The translations under genes and the position numbers were made by a program. From Candidatus Thorarchaeota archaeon (GTDB lineage Archaea > Asgardarchaeota > Thorarchaeia > Thorarchaeales > Thorarchaeaceae): a stretch of 64,000 nt of DNA. The first letter of the stretch is position 1, and each line of letters begins with the position of its first letter. This document shows, piece after piece, positions 7,839 through 18,627 of this stretch. The stretch is taken from assembly GCA_016933575.1 (NCBI GenBank), contig JAFGAR010000088.1, positions 1 to 64,000 of the forward strand, in the 5' to 3' direction. The notes beneath the pieces were generated by a model. It made no database searches and was not told the DNA's origin. It worked only from the letters and a program-made list of their open reading frames with translations.

Positions 7839-10310
7839 TTATTTCTGTTCTTCAGAGGGGGGAAGAATGTATATCGCATCTCCAATCTCAGGGATGTCAA
7901 TTTTTACAAACTTGCTACTCTTTGGTTTGCCAAACTTGACCTGTTCGATGCCATGCATTGCTTGCAAATCCTTCATCCAAGGCTTCAGGGCTTCAGCAAC
8001 ATATGCCTCTGGTAGACCTTGCCTCAAGGAGAGACCCGCTTCCCGTTTGTATTTCCAGAATGCGGAGTTGGTCTGGACAAGTAGATCAGTGTATTTTGTG
8101 AGCGGAGACACCCACTCCTTATGTGTCGAGGGATATGGCTGCCTATGGACACCCGCACTGTCATAGAGTTCCCGATAGATTTGGTCTGTTATGAAGGGAG
8201 TAATAGGTGCAAGAGCACGAACCAATTTCTTCAGAATAGTATGGAGTGTGAACCAGGCAGACTTCTGTTCTTCTGACGAGAATAAACCATCAGTATTGAA
8301 AGCACGTCCCTTGAACATCTCGACAACATGATCGGCAAATAGATTCCATGTGAAACCACGGATTTCAATAGCAGGTTTGTGAAAATCAAGAAGATTGCAC
8401 TCAGGGATAATCCGTTCGATAATTGTATTTAGTTCTGCGAGAATCCACTGGTCAGCCGGTGTTAACTTCTTGAACTCAATATCCTCGGAGATTGGAAACA
8501 TAGAGATGAAACGAGCAATATTCCAGAGCTTAGTCATGAACTTAGACACGCCAGCAAGACGGTCTTCAGAGAATCGAACATCGCTACCAAGCCCTGCCTC
8601 AAGAGCGCCGAACATCCGCATTGCATCAGCACCATATTTCTCCACAAAGGGCATTGGTGGAGGTGAGTTGCCCTTTGATTTACTCATAGCTTCTCCATTT
8701 TCATCCACAACATGTCCAGACACCCATACCTCTTTGAATGCGGGTTTCCCGGTTAGCTGTAGAGTTCTCAAAAGAGAGTAATAGAGCCAAGTTCGAACAA
8801 TGTCTTTTCCCTGAGGGCGAAGGACATTGCCAAAAGCTTTCTTGAATAGCTGTTCATTGCGCATGTAGCCTATAGCCTGAAGACCACTAATTGACGAGTC
8901 CATCCACGTATCAAATGTACGGGTTTCACCTGTGAAACCTTCTTGTGCACCGCACTTTGGACACTTCTTAAAGGGCGGATCTTCTCGCCAAGGTTGGTAG
9001 TATTTAGGTTCACCCTCAAGTTTTGGTACTACTGGTTCGTTGCATGAATTACAATACCATATAGGAATCTCCGTCCCATAATACCTACGTCTACTCACAG
9101 GCCAATCGACGGATACCCGATTTAGCCAATCGATGAGGATCTGCCTATGAAAGTCAGGGAAGAATGTTGTTTCGCGCGCTATCTCAAGCAGTTCGTCTAC
9201 GAATTCCACCTGTTTCACGTAATATTCTTCCATCGCAATGAATTCTATAGGTGTGCCACTTCTCCAACACAGAGGGACTCGCTGCATAGACTGCTCTTGT
9301 TTAAAGAGAAGATTTCTCTTCTTGAGCTCATCCAAAATAGCTTTTCTTGCCTCATTGATTTTCATTCCAGAGTATTGGCCAGCCGCATCGGTCATAGTAC
9401 CACTGGGGGATACTGCGGCAATAGGTTTGAGTGCATGGTCACGGAAGGCCATGACATCTCCTTGGTCACCATAGCTACACACCATTAAAGCACCAGTACC
9501 AAAATCCATCTGAGCGGTAGGACTCGTAATTATTGAGACCTCTATATCGAATATTGGAACCTTTGCAGTCTTGCCATGATAGGCCAAGTATCTTTCATCG
9601 TCAGGGTGTACAAAGACTGCGCCACAGGCACAAAGTAGCTCGGGGCGCGTTGTGGCAATCTCAATCGGATCAAGTCCTTCGACTTGAAAATGGAGGTAGT
9701 TCAGAGTAGTCTGACGCTCAGAATACTCGACTTCTGCATCAGCGATTGTAGTACCACAATCAAAACACCAATTATTGGGTCGTGCGTCAAAGTAGACTAG
9801 ACCCTTATTCCAAATCTCAATGAATGTTGCCTGAGTCACTGCTCGATATCGAGGACTATCAGTTCGATAACTTCCTTCATCCTCATATGTGTTAAAGGCA
9901 ATTCCAAGCCGCTTGAATCCCCCAATGGCTATCTTTTCATCTTCATCAAGACGCTTTTTACAAAGTCGGAGAAATTCATCGCGGGGAGTCTCATGCATAT
10001 GGATACCCAAATCCTTCTCTACACGCACCTCTACTGGAAGACCATTCCGGTCAATTCCTAATATGAAATTCACCTCATAGCCCTGCATGCGTCTGTACCG
10101 GGCAATCGTGTCTATCTGGGTATAATGGGTTACCTGACCAACATGCATTGGACCGGATAGATAAGGGGGAGGAGTATCAATCGTATAGATCTCTTTCCCC
10201 GAGTTCATATTGAACTTGTAGGTATCCTCTTCCAACCAAGTTTTGAGTAACTCGGCCTCCGATTCAGGCTTCCAGCGTTTGGACTTAATCTTAGGTTCTA
10301 ATTTCGACAA
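7839..10310 (-). CDS. valS: Valyl-tRNA synthetase
   Basis: DTPPP, HVGQ (HIGH-like), ATTRPE editing domain, DWPVSRRRYYG, DTWMDSS, MSKS; TTG 10310 follows a GGAG SD (ORF track starts at 10337). Confidence 0.95.
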   Translation of the reverse strand: MSKLEPKIKSKRWKPESEAELLKTWLEEDTYKFNMNSGKEIYTIDTPPPYLSGPMHVGQVTHYTQIDTIARYRRMQGYEVNFILGIDRNGLPVEVRVEKDLGIHMHETPRDEFLRLCKKRLDEDEKIAIGGFKRLGIAFNTYEDEGSYRTDSPRYRAVTQATFIEIWNKGLVYFDARPNNWCFDCGTTIADAEVEYSERQTTLNYLHFQVEGLDPIEIATTRPELLCACGAVFVHPDDERYLAYHGKTAKVPIFDIEVSIITSPTAQMDFGTGALMVCSYGDQGDVMAFRDHALKPIAAVSPSGTMTDAAGQYSGMKINEARKAILDELKKRNLLFKQEQSMQRVPLCWRSGTPIEFIAMEEYYVKQVEFVDELLEIARETTFFPDFHRQILIDWLNRVSVDWPVSRRRYYGTEIPIWYCNSCNEPVVPKLEGEPKYYQPWREDPPFKKCPKCGAQEGFTGETRTFDTWMDSSISGLQAIGYMRNEQLFKKAFGNVLRPQGKDIVRTWLYYSLLRTLQLTGKPAFKEVWVSGHVVDENGEAMSKSKGNSPPPMPFVEKYGADAMRMFGALEAGLGSDVRFSEDRLAGVSKFMTKLWNIARFISMFPISEDIEFKKLTPADQWILAELNTIIERIIPECNLLDFHKPAIEIRGFTWNLFADHVVEMFKGRAFNTDGLFSSEEQKSAWFTLHTILKKLVRALAPITPFITDQIYRELYDSAGVHRQPYPSTHKEWVSPLTKYTDLLVQTNSAFWKYKREAGLSLRQGLPEAYVAEALKPWMKDLQAMHGIEQVKFGKPKSSKFVKIDIPEIGDAIYILPPSEEQK

Positions 10311-10584
10311 AAGGATCAGTCTCCTTGATGTCAGCAAGGGTCGGCTCTCGCCGCTTAGCTTCGATAAATGTGTATAGCCTAAAAGGGCTTTGGTCAGTTT
10401 CTTTTATCCATTGAAATATAATAGAACATGCTTCTATAAGGCAAAACACAGAGCGATTTCTATCTTCAATTTAGAAAATATGGATACCAAGTTAAGATTT
10501 CGAAAATTCGGCGAACTGGTCCATTCAAGAAAGCTTCTTTAGTAACGTGAAGGAGAAGTATCCAAGCTTGCAAGGAGACTCTTT

Positions 10585-11280
10585 ATGAGAGCAGTAGTCA
10601 AAATTGGAGGTTCTCTCCTCTATGATGCAGAGGGTAAGGTCATTGTTAGTAGAGTAAGAGACTATGCCTCTGTTATCGAGTCTCTTGTAAAGAGTGGACA
10701 TTCACTTGTTGTCGTTGTGGGAGGAGGTAGACCAGCACGTACCTTCATTGCAGCGGCTAGGGAGCTTGGGGCAAGTGAAGCTCAATGTGACTGGCTTGGA
10801 ATAAAGCTAGCAAGAAATAATGCAGAACTACTATGTGCCGCTCTAGGAGCTATTGCATATCCCAAGATTGTTGATAACCTTGATGAGCTTGAGGTCGCAG
10901 TCAATTTGGGAAAGGTAATACTGATGGGTGGTCTTATTCCTGGACAATCGACTAATGCGGTTGCAGCTATTGCGGCAGAACTAATACAGGCAGAAATTCT
11001 GCTTAATGCAACTAACATCGATGGAGTCTATGACAGAGACCCAAAGGAAAAAGGTGCAGTGAAGCTAGATACCGTCACAATAGAACAGCTGAGACAGATA
11101 CTAAAAAGTGGCGGCACTAGAGCTGGAGAGTATGAGCTCTTCGATCCTGTTGCTATCAGGATTGTTGAACGCTCAAAGATACCTACGACAATTCTCGATG
11201 GAAGTAAACCTGAGAATCTTGCAAGGGCTATTCGTGGAGAGAAAATAGGCACACAGATAATTACTAGTGGTTCAAAATAG
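10585..11280 (+). CDS. pyrH: UMP kinase (archaeal type)
   Basis: VVKIGGS, VVGGG, PGQSTNAVAA, DGVYDRDP. Confidence 0.95.
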   Translation: MRAVVKIGGSLLYDAEGKVIVSRVRDYASVIESLVKSGHSLVVVVGGGRPARTFIAAARELGASEAQCDWLGIKLARNNAELLCAALGAIAYPKIVDNLDELEVAVNLGKVILMGGLIPGQSTNAVAAIAAELIQAEILLNATNIDGVYDRDPKEKGAVKLDTVTIEQLRQILKSGGTRAGEYELFDPVAIRIVERSKIPTTILDGSKPENLARAIRGEKIGTQIITSGSK

Positions 11281-11292
11281 AGGTGGAAGTAG

Positions 11293-11583
11293 TTGAAGAA
11301 ATTGCTTGAGAAAGTATTTGCATCCCGCGCACAGACTCGTGTCGTACAACATTTCTTAGACCGTCCAAAGGATTTCTTTAATCTTAGCAGGGTAGCAAAG
11401 GAAACTGGATTAGCGCATTCTACTATCCATCGTGTAATGCAACCCCTTGTAGATATGGGTATAGTGAAGGAAATTAAGGTGGGTCAGCAGATACGTCTGT
11501 TTATTCTGGAAACTGAAGATCCCAAGTCCAAGATCATTGCGGAGTTCTATGAGACTATTAGACCGCATCTTGAGGGACCATAG
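11293..11583 (+). CDS. Winged helix-turn-helix protein
   Basis: NLSRVAKETGLAHSTIHRVM HTH followed by a wing. Confidence 0.75.
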   Translation: MKKLLEKVFASRAQTRVVQHFLDRPKDFFNLSRVAKETGLAHSTIHRVMQPLVDMGIVKEIKVGQQIRLFILETEDPKSKIIAEFYETIRPHLEGP

Positions 11584-11936
11584 ATAAGGTCTCAAGAATT
11601 TCCTTAAAACTTCAATTTATATTATTATAATCTAATGTTAGTATGAAGAGACGATATTAACGGATATTTTTTCTGGATTTTATGAAGCAGCCGCTGGTTT
11701 TATTGAACTCAGCGTGTTCCTCGGTATAGTGTATTTTATGTGGCATTTCATTTCGAGAGACGAATATCATCATTCACGATGATAATTCCTCTTTTCCCTT
11801 TTTTATGGTCTTTTAGTAACATACCAGATTTTGATTTCCTGTATGCAGATTCAGAGATAGAATTGAATATTATTCAGGCACGATGTATTATGTTCCAAAA
11901 GTGCTAAATAGATACTGACTTCATCTGGAAATTCAA

Positions 11937-12056
11937 GCCGAGATAGCCAAGCTGGTCAACGGCGGTGGACTCAAGATCACAAAGCCATTGGCTTGACTCC
12001 GATGAGTTATCCACTCTTGTAGGAGTTCATGGGTTCGAATCCCATTCTCGGCACCA
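11937..12056 (+). tRNA. tRNA-Leu(CAA) with canonical 37/38 intron (11976-12008, 33 nt)
   Basis: Acceptor GCCGAGA/TCTCGGC, long variable arm, TTCGAAT T loop, CCA; complete BHB (CTCA/TGAG helix, two 3-nt bulges). Confidence 0.95.
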
Positions 12057-12070
12057 CCTAATCATATCAA

Positions 12071-13786
12071 CTATTTCGTAATAGTACTCATCAATTTCTT
12101 CAAGGGGTATGTGTTGATGACATCATTCTTGGTCAACCAGCCCCGTCGCGCTTGAAACACTCCAAACTGCATGTTATCAAGCTCGGTTGTATAGTGAGCA
12201 TCAGTATTGATGGCTATCTTCAGACCATTCTTTGTTGCTTTGCGTAAGTTGCCAGCATTCAGGTCTAATCGTTGGGGATGAGCATTTAACTCCATTACCA
12301 CTTTGTTCTTCCTAGCAGATTCAAACACTGCATCAATATCTATCTCAAATTCAGGTCTCTTAAGTAGCAAGCGACCAGTGGGATGCCCAAGAAGGTGTAC
12401 ATACTTACTCTCAAGTGCGTGACAGACACGATCGGTCATTGTCTTCTTGTCGTCTTTCATTCTACTATGTATCGAAACTGTCACGAAATCCAGTTCTGCA
12501 AGAACTTCATCTTTGATGTCCAGCTCGCCTGCAGAGAGAATATCAACCTCAGCTCCTTTGAGTATCGTCATCTTCCATCGACCAGATGCGTTCAAGTCGT
12601 CAATCTCTTCAATACGCTTCAAGAGCCGAGCTTCGTCCATACCATTCGAAATGGTCAGACTCTGTGTGTGATCTGAAACGCAATAGTAATCGTACCCCTT
12701 TGCTTGGGCAGCATCAAGCATCTCCTCAATTGTATTCTTACCATCAGATTGATCGGTATGACTATGAAGGTCTCCACGAATGTCCTTCAATTCAATGAGA
12801 GATGGTAAGTTTCCGCTTTGTGCGGCCTCAATCTCACCTGTGTCCTCTCGCAGTTCAGGAGGGATGAGTTTCAACCCTAGCGTGCTGTAGATGTCCGCTT
12901 CAGCTCCACCTGCGACCTTCTTTTCACCTTTGAATAGGCCATACTCATTTAGGAGAAGCCCTTTCTTCTGAGCAATACTTCTCAGGTGAACATTATGGTC
13001 TATATTGCCTGTGAAGTATTGAAGCCCAGCCCCAAAGCTATCCTCAGGTAGTATTCTTAGATCTACTTGGATGCCGCTAGTGAGTCTCACTGAAGATTTT
13101 GTTTGACCATGAGCTGTCACAGAGGAAACATCCCTATGTGAAACAAATGAGTCCATCACTGCCTTGGGATCAGATGCGGACACAAGAATATCGATATCAC
13201 CTATGGTTTCTCTACGTCTACGAACAGAACCTGCGATTATGATCTGGGTAATGCCTGATATTTGATTCAGGCTTTTCTTGATATCTTCTGCAACCGACAA
13301 TGCATTAGCCAGTAGAGTTCTACCAAGACCACTGCGAGCCACACGGATACCTTCTTTGATTTGTGCCTCAGTCTTTGCCCCAAGACCCGGAAGTCCTGCC
13401 AATCGCCCCTCATTGGCTGCAGCTTCAAGCGATTCAAGGTCAATCACCCCAAGTTTATCGTAAACTAATTTGATGGTCTTTGGGCCTACTCCTGGAATTG
13501 CATCAAGTTCCATGATTTTGATTGGAACACGTGTTCTAAGCTCCTCAAGACCTGTAACCTGTCCGTCATTGAGATAGTCCGTAATGACCTCAGCAATACC
13601 CTTGCCAATGCCTGCAATGGTTGTAAGCTCACCACGCTCAGCAATTGAAGCAACATCTTCACCCAAGGATGAGATCGACCTCACTGCGCGCTGATAGGCA
13701 CGTATCTTGAAGGGTTCCTTTCCCTCGAACTCTAAATAGAGACTTATCTCTTTCAATACTTTTGCCACTTCAGCATTCTTGGTCAT
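12071..13786 (-). CDS. polX: Family X DNA polymerase with PHP domain
   Basis: HhH motifs (IAGIGKG, IPGVGPK), AGSVRR, GDIDIL, QVDLR, YFTG; PHP motifs DLHSHT and NTDAH. Confidence 0.95.
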   Translation of the reverse strand: MTKNAEVAKVLKEISLYLEFEGKEPFKIRAYQRAVRSISSLGEDVASIAERGELTTIAGIGKGIAEVITDYLNDGQVTGLEELRTRVPIKIMELDAIPGVGPKTIKLVYDKLGVIDLESLEAAANEGRLAGLPGLGAKTEAQIKEGIRVARSGLGRTLLANALSVAEDIKKSLNQISGITQIIIAGSVRRRRETIGDIDILVSASDPKAVMDSFVSHRDVSSVTAHGQTKSSVRLTSGIQVDLRILPEDSFGAGLQYFTGNIDHNVHLRSIAQKKGLLLNEYGLFKGEKKVAGGAEADIYSTLGLKLIPPELREDTGEIEAAQSGNLPSLIELKDIRGDLHSHTDQSDGKNTIEEMLDAAQAKGYDYYCVSDHTQSLTISNGMDEARLLKRIEEIDDLNASGRWKMTILKGAEVDILSAGELDIKDEVLAELDFVTVSIHSRMKDDKKTMTDRVCHALESKYVHLLGHPTGRLLLKRPEFEIDIDAVFESARKNKVVMELNAHPQRLDLNAGNLRKATKNGLKIAINTDAHYTTELDNMQFGVFQARRGWLTKNDVINTYPLKKLMSTITK

Positions 13787-13803
13787 TCACTAGCCTCCTA
13801 CCT

Positions 13804-14811
13804 TCATTCATAGGGATTGATAGAGCGAATAGCATCTCTCACTGCAATCATGTTTTCTAGAGGAGTATCAACAGTAACAACACAGCCAGGGGCAACGATG
13901 AGATGTTCATACCCAGCAGCTTGGACTGCCTTTAGGATCTGTTCCTCAGCCTCATCAGAGGTACCAGACCGAAAGATACCATTATGATCAATACCGCCGA
14001 GCACTGTTTTCCGAGACCTTCTCTTACCCTCTTCAAGTGAGAGAGCTGAGCTCTGGTCCTCCCAGTTGATGGCATCCACACCTGGAGTTCGTGCAATCCT
14101 ATCAAATCGGATTTCTTCATTATCTTCACGTGCATGAAGATGCATTATAATGAACTTCGCCTTTCCTCTTAGCTTGGAGATAAGTTTCTGATGGTAAGGA
14201 TAGATGAATTCCTCATAGTGCTCATCGGAAATCGATGAATGGGTCGAATGTTGTGTGGCAAGAAATAGACCGTCAGCTCCAGCCTCAAGGGTAGCACGTG
14301 CGAAATCTACCATTACCTCAGTAATCATATCAAGAGCGCCTTTGAGGATCTCCGAGTGCTCATCAGCATATTTGACGAAATTCCGATCGCATAGCCGGTC
14401 TGCAACCATTGCGGCATCAAATATTGTAGCCATGGTAGGAACTCTACCATGGGTGTATTTCTGAATCAGTTCCACCGCATGGACTTGGTTTCCAAACTCA
14501 CCGGTATTCACATCTACAGGTTCAAGTGTTTCCCAGTCTGTGAGGTTCTTGATTGGGTAGGAAGTCAGTGTGGTTGAACCGGAGATAGCTCCATCATATT
14601 CTGCAGTACATCCAAAATCAATACAAGGATAGTGCCCAAAGAAGGATATCTTGAGAAGATCATGATCAATCTTCTTATGGAAGTCAATCTCAGCAGAGGC
14701 TAGGCCCTGAGGTGTTCTGTCTAGATTGGGATGGTGCTTCCAGAGTGAGAAGGGGATATGGTCCCCAAGATTTCCAAGAAGTGTTTCTTTTAGTAGGTCA
14801 TACTTAGACAT
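13804..14811 (-). CDS. Uroporphyrinogen decarboxylase-like (URO-D/MtaA) family protein
   Basis: LEAGADGLFLA, MHLH, VLGGID, IVAPGC. Confidence 0.8.
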   Translation of the reverse strand: MSKYDLLKETLLGNLGDHIPFSLWKHHPNLDRTPQGLASAEIDFHKKIDHDLLKISFFGHYPCIDFGCTAEYDGAISGSTTLTSYPIKNLTDWETLEPVDVNTGEFGNQVHAVELIQKYTHGRVPTMATIFDAAMVADRLCDRNFVKYADEHSEILKGALDMITEVMVDFARATLEAGADGLFLATQHSTHSSISDEHYEEFIYPYHQKLISKLRGKAKFIIMHLHAREDNEEIRFDRIARTPGVDAINWEDQSSALSLEEGKRRSRKTVLGGIDHNGIFRSGTSDEAEEQILKAVQAAGYEHLIVAPGCVVTVDTPLENMIAVRDAIRSINPYE

Positions 14812-14926
14812 AGCACTTCTCTATAGTTCATTGATGATAATGAGCCTTTCGAAGAGTGACATGCCATCAGACATAAGTAGATGTCAATTCCGTGATAGGA
14901 TATACTTCCAGTGAGATGATTATTGA

Positions 14927-16111
14927 TTGGCCGAACTCACAGCCCTATACAGTCTTGAGAGCCTTTTGGCTCTTGATGGAATTGATGAACTAGAACGAAT
15001 GAAGGCTGAAGTCAATCCATTCTGGAATAGACCGCGTTTTGATATTGCTTGGAGTCTACCGGTGATGTCAGGCCTCACTGAAGAGAGGAAAATCTCTGTA
15101 CAGCAAATGAGAGAGGCAAGCAGAGATGAATTGCTCTTGTTTCATGACCCATCCTATATCGAAACACTGGAACTATTTGGCAATACAGGATCCGCATTCT
15201 CGTCCCGATTTGGATTGGACACTCCCGAGTGTCCGGTTTTTCAGGATGTTCATAAATATGCAAGCCTTCCTGTTGGCGGGGTCATTGATGCTACAATTGG
15301 GGTTGCAGAAGGGAAATTCAAGAGTGCAATCTCCTTTGCAGGAGGATTTCATCATGCTATGGAGAGTCAGGCTGCGGGATTTTGTTATCTGAATGATACT
15401 GTGATTGCTATTAAGAAGTACAAGCAACTCAATCCGGGCAAGAAAGTGCTGTACTTGGATACTGACGTGCATCATGGAGATGGCACACAAGCGGCGTTCT
15501 ACGGAAACCCTGATGTACTTACAATATCCCTTCACGAATTTAGTATGGGATTCTTCCCAAGAACAGGAGGAGTAGAAGAGATTGGTAATGGAGAGGGAAA
15601 GGGATATTCCGTCAATTTACCATTGCCACCATTGACTGATGATGTTGAGTATTGGAGAGTTTTCGAAGATGTAGTCATCCCAATCTGGCAAGCTTACAAA
15701 CCAGACCTTGTGTTCTGGGACGTTGGTGCTGATGCTCATATTGGTGACCCCTTGGCAGATCTAATGCTCACATATGATACCTATCATCGATTGTCTATGA
15801 CTGTACGACAACTTGTCCACCTTGGAAGAAGACAATTAGTTGTTGTTGGTGGGGGTGGATATGAGCCTGTGACAGCAGCAAAGATTTGGACAATAGTATT
15901 AGCAGATCTTGCAGATGTTGCATTACCGCCAGCATTACCAATTGAGTGGGTACAGCTCGTTCAGAAATATGGTTGTACAATGAGAAGGAGTGGATGGACT
16001 GATAGACCAAGAAGGATGGAAGATGAACATTACCCAAAAATCAGTAGAGCTGTTGATGATGCCATCAAGAAAGTAAAGGAGCTCATATTCCCCACATTTG
16101 GTCTCGAATGA
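14927..16111 (+). CDS. Zn-dependent histone deacetylase family protein (AcuC-like)
   Basis: GGFHHA, GFCYLND, DTDVHHGDG, GADAH, GGGGY. Confidence 0.92.
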   Translation: MAELTALYSLESLLALDGIDELERMKAEVNPFWNRPRFDIAWSLPVMSGLTEERKISVQQMREASRDELLLFHDPSYIETLELFGNTGSAFSSRFGLDTPECPVFQDVHKYASLPVGGVIDATIGVAEGKFKSAISFAGGFHHAMESQAAGFCYLNDTVIAIKKYKQLNPGKKVLYLDTDVHHGDGTQAAFYGNPDVLTISLHEFSMGFFPRTGGVEEIGNGEGKGYSVNLPLPPLTDDVEYWRVFEDVVIPIWQAYKPDLVFWDVGADAHIGDPLADLMLTYDTYHRLSMTVRQLVHLGRRQLVVVGGGGYEPVTAAKIWTIVLADLADVALPPALPIEWVQLVQKYGCTMRRSGWTDRPRRMEDEHYPKISRAVDDAIKKVKELIFPTFGLE

Positions 16112-16121
16112 GGTTTGATAT

Positions 16122-16775
16122 CTATTTCTTAATACCCAACACGCAACGGTGATCGGTATTGCCTACAAATATCTCTAGAATATTGAAACCATTGAATAGG
16201 CTGAAAATTTCATCTTCTGTGAAAAAATGATGTGGGATGCCACTCTCAGGTCCACTCCGAGGAATGAATGTGCCAGGTTCAACTTCTTGAAGTTCCCAAT
16301 CATCCTTTGAATTATTAGGTTTGGGACCAAGGATTGGGACAGAGAAAAACACATACCCACCTGTTCTCGTGACACGTTCCATTTCCCGGATTGTAAAGAT
16401 GATGTCCTTGAGCATATTGTGATGAATCACTTGAATTGAGATAACTGCATCAAAGAATGTGGAGGGGTATAGAAAACGGTCTTGCATCAGATGATTCGAA
16501 ACTGTAGCAGTGAGATTTTCTTCTTCTAGCCATTTGTTAGTCAGATCAACTGCATTTGAGGAAGAATCAAACCCATACATCTCAAAACCACATTTGGATA
16601 AGAATACTATATGCCGACCGGTCCCACAGCCAAGATCAAGAATGCGCTTGACACCGTTCTTTCTGAACATATCTGAGATTCGGACTACTTCTGGGTGAGG
16701 ATCTACAAAGAAATAACCATGTTCTCTGAAGATTGTATCCCATTCAGGCATGATAGCAACCGTATCTATTATCAA
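16122..16775 (-). CDS. Class I SAM-dependent methyltransferase
   Basis: ILDLGCGTGRH, FDAVIS; start may be the second Met (MPEW). Confidence 0.88.
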   Translation of the reverse strand: MIIDTVAIMPEWDTIFREHGYFFVDPHPEVVRISDMFRKNGVKRILDLGCGTGRHIVFLSKCGFEMYGFDSSSNAVDLTNKWLEEENLTATVSNHLMQDRFLYPSTFFDAVISIQVIHHNMLKDIIFTIREMERVTRTGGYVFFSVPILGPKPNNSKDDWELQEVEPGTFIPRSGPESGIPHHFFTEDEIFSLFNGFNILEIFVGNTDHRCVLGIKK

Positions 16776-16859
16776 TTTGAATTCTACTAATTCATCGAGA
16801 GAAATAAAAGAGGGGGATACTTACGTTACGCTTCATAAACACGAGGAGTAGTAGCCTCA

Positions 16860-18569
16860 ATGACACTCAAAAAGAGATACCTCATTCTTATTATCGGTCT
16901 TATTGTGATGGTTTCAGGAGTAGCTAGTGCTGCTTATGCTCAGACGGGTTATGGAACTGTAAGCGTCACAGAGGTTGATTTTCAAGCTGCTGATGGATCT
17001 ATGATTCACAGTACACTGCAGCGACCATTCTATGCCACAAATGCGAATCCCCTCCCAGGAGTAGTCGTTATCCATGGATCATTACAGAACAAAGAATGGT
17101 TGATGGCATTTGGAATTGAGTTGGCACGTCGTGGTTTCGTCGTATTAACAATCGATGCAAACGGACATGGTAACTCAGATCCTGGAACAGGAAGTGGCGC
17201 CGCTGCCTTGGACTATATTGCATCTCTAGATTTTGTTGATAGTTCACAGATTGGTCTGATTGGACATAGTATGGGTGGAGGTATCTCATGGAGTGCAATC
17301 AGCGAATCAAGCGTATATGTTCGCGCACTCATACTGGTTGGATCGGGTTTTTGGACTGAAGCACCCTATATTCCTAATACACTGGTCGCAGTTGGTAGTT
17401 TTGACTCGCTCTCAAGCTATCCCAGTAATATCACAAAATTAGAGCCATACTTCAATGTGACCAATATTTTACCTGATACAACATATGGGAATTTCACAGA
17501 CAACACTGCAAGAAGGGCAATATTTCCTGCAACAAACCACCTTTTTGAAACCATAGACCCAATCATTGTGAAAGAGAGTGTAGATTGGATGAGGGAAAGC
17601 CTCAAGGGTGGTCTCGAGGATGAACATTGGATTGATAGTTCTAATCTCATATTTTCAGCTTGGTTGATTGGCGGGTTATTTGGATTGCTTGGGGCATTAC
17701 TGACTGTCTTCCCAATGATGTTGATCTTACTGAATATACCTATTTTCACAGACCTGAAACATCAATCTTTAGATGTGAATCCAAGAGATACGAGCTCGAT
17801 TCTTATCTATGGTATGGTATACGGATTCATTGGAGTCATTACATTCTTTCCATTCTTGATTATTGGCACATTGATTCAGTCTGTTATACCCTTTCCACAA
17901 TACAATGGAGTTCCGGTGATGTCTTGGATATTAGGGAGTGGGTTGATTGCCGCGTTGGTTCTACGTTTCATCCTTCAAAGAAAATCAGACCTACAGCTTA
18001 GTCTGAAAGATTTCTTGAGAATCGATAGCAAGGAAGGTCAACTTGCTATTGTAAAGACATTTGTCTTGGCTGCAATCATAACTATTTGGTTGTATGCTCT
18101 TACTCTATTGGTAGACATGGGTCTTGTACTTGATCTAAGATGTTTTCTCCCCGGACTTCATGACCTTACACTAAACCAAGCTCTACAAGTACCACTCTAC
18201 TTCATTGTATTTCTTGTCTATTTCATTACAGAAGGTGCCTGGTTTACTTCAATTCTGCAACCAAAGACCACGGGAACTTGGACAAGGTCCCAGATTGAAT
18301 GGACTGCAATGGCGATTTTCATCAAGACCTTACCGTACCTGATTCTCATTGCGATAGAGTACCTTGGAGGACTCCTTGCAGGAGCTCCTGTAATCCCGGG
18401 AATCATCGGATATTCATGGCTCTTCTTCTATGCCTTTGCTCCATGGTTTGCCATATGTACGGTCATAACTGTATTTGCATATCGTGTGACAGGAAACAGA
18501 TGGCTAGGAGCCATGGTCAATGCATTGATTTGCGCTTGGTTATTAGCTTCTATTCTATCAATTAGATGA
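16860..18569 (+). CDS. Alpha/beta hydrolase with N-terminal signal and C-terminal multi-TM domain
   Basis: IHG oxyanion motif, GHSMGG nucleophile elbow, NH(LFE) His; about 8 TM helices C-terminally. Confidence 0.85.
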   Translation: MTLKKRYLILIIGLIVMVSGVASAAYAQTGYGTVSVTEVDFQAADGSMIHSTLQRPFYATNANPLPGVVVIHGSLQNKEWLMAFGIELARRGFVVLTIDANGHGNSDPGTGSGAAALDYIASLDFVDSSQIGLIGHSMGGGISWSAISESSVYVRALILVGSGFWTEAPYIPNTLVAVGSFDSLSSYPSNITKLEPYFNVTNILPDTTYGNFTDNTARRAIFPATNHLFETIDPIIVKESVDWMRESLKGGLEDEHWIDSSNLIFSAWLIGGLFGLLGALLTVFPMMLILLNIPIFTDLKHQSLDVNPRDTSSILIYGMVYGFIGVITFFPFLIIGTLIQSVIPFPQYNGVPVMSWILGSGLIAALVLRFILQRKSDLQLSLKDFLRIDSKEGQLAIVKTFVLAAIITIWLYALTLLVDMGLVLDLRCFLPGLHDLTLNQALQVPLYFIVFLVYFITEGAWFTSILQPKTTGTWTRSQIEWTAMAIFIKTLPYLILIAIEYLGGLLAGAPVIPGIIGYSWLFFYAFAPWFAICTVITVFAYRVTGNRWLGAMVNALICAWLLASILSIR

Positions 18570-18627
18570 TAATTGAGAATACAAAGACAGCAGGCATTGA
18601 TTGCCTGCTGCCAGATATTTTTCCTGT

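Noticed and set aside
11584-11936. AT-rich 350-bp gap before tRNA-Leu as a mobile element scar or ncRNA
   Set aside because: No repeats, att-like duplication, convincing ORF or stable structure seen
12057-14811. polX region as an island integrated at tRNA-Leu
   Set aside because: No integrase and no duplicated tRNA 3' end noticed; composition looks like the rest of the window
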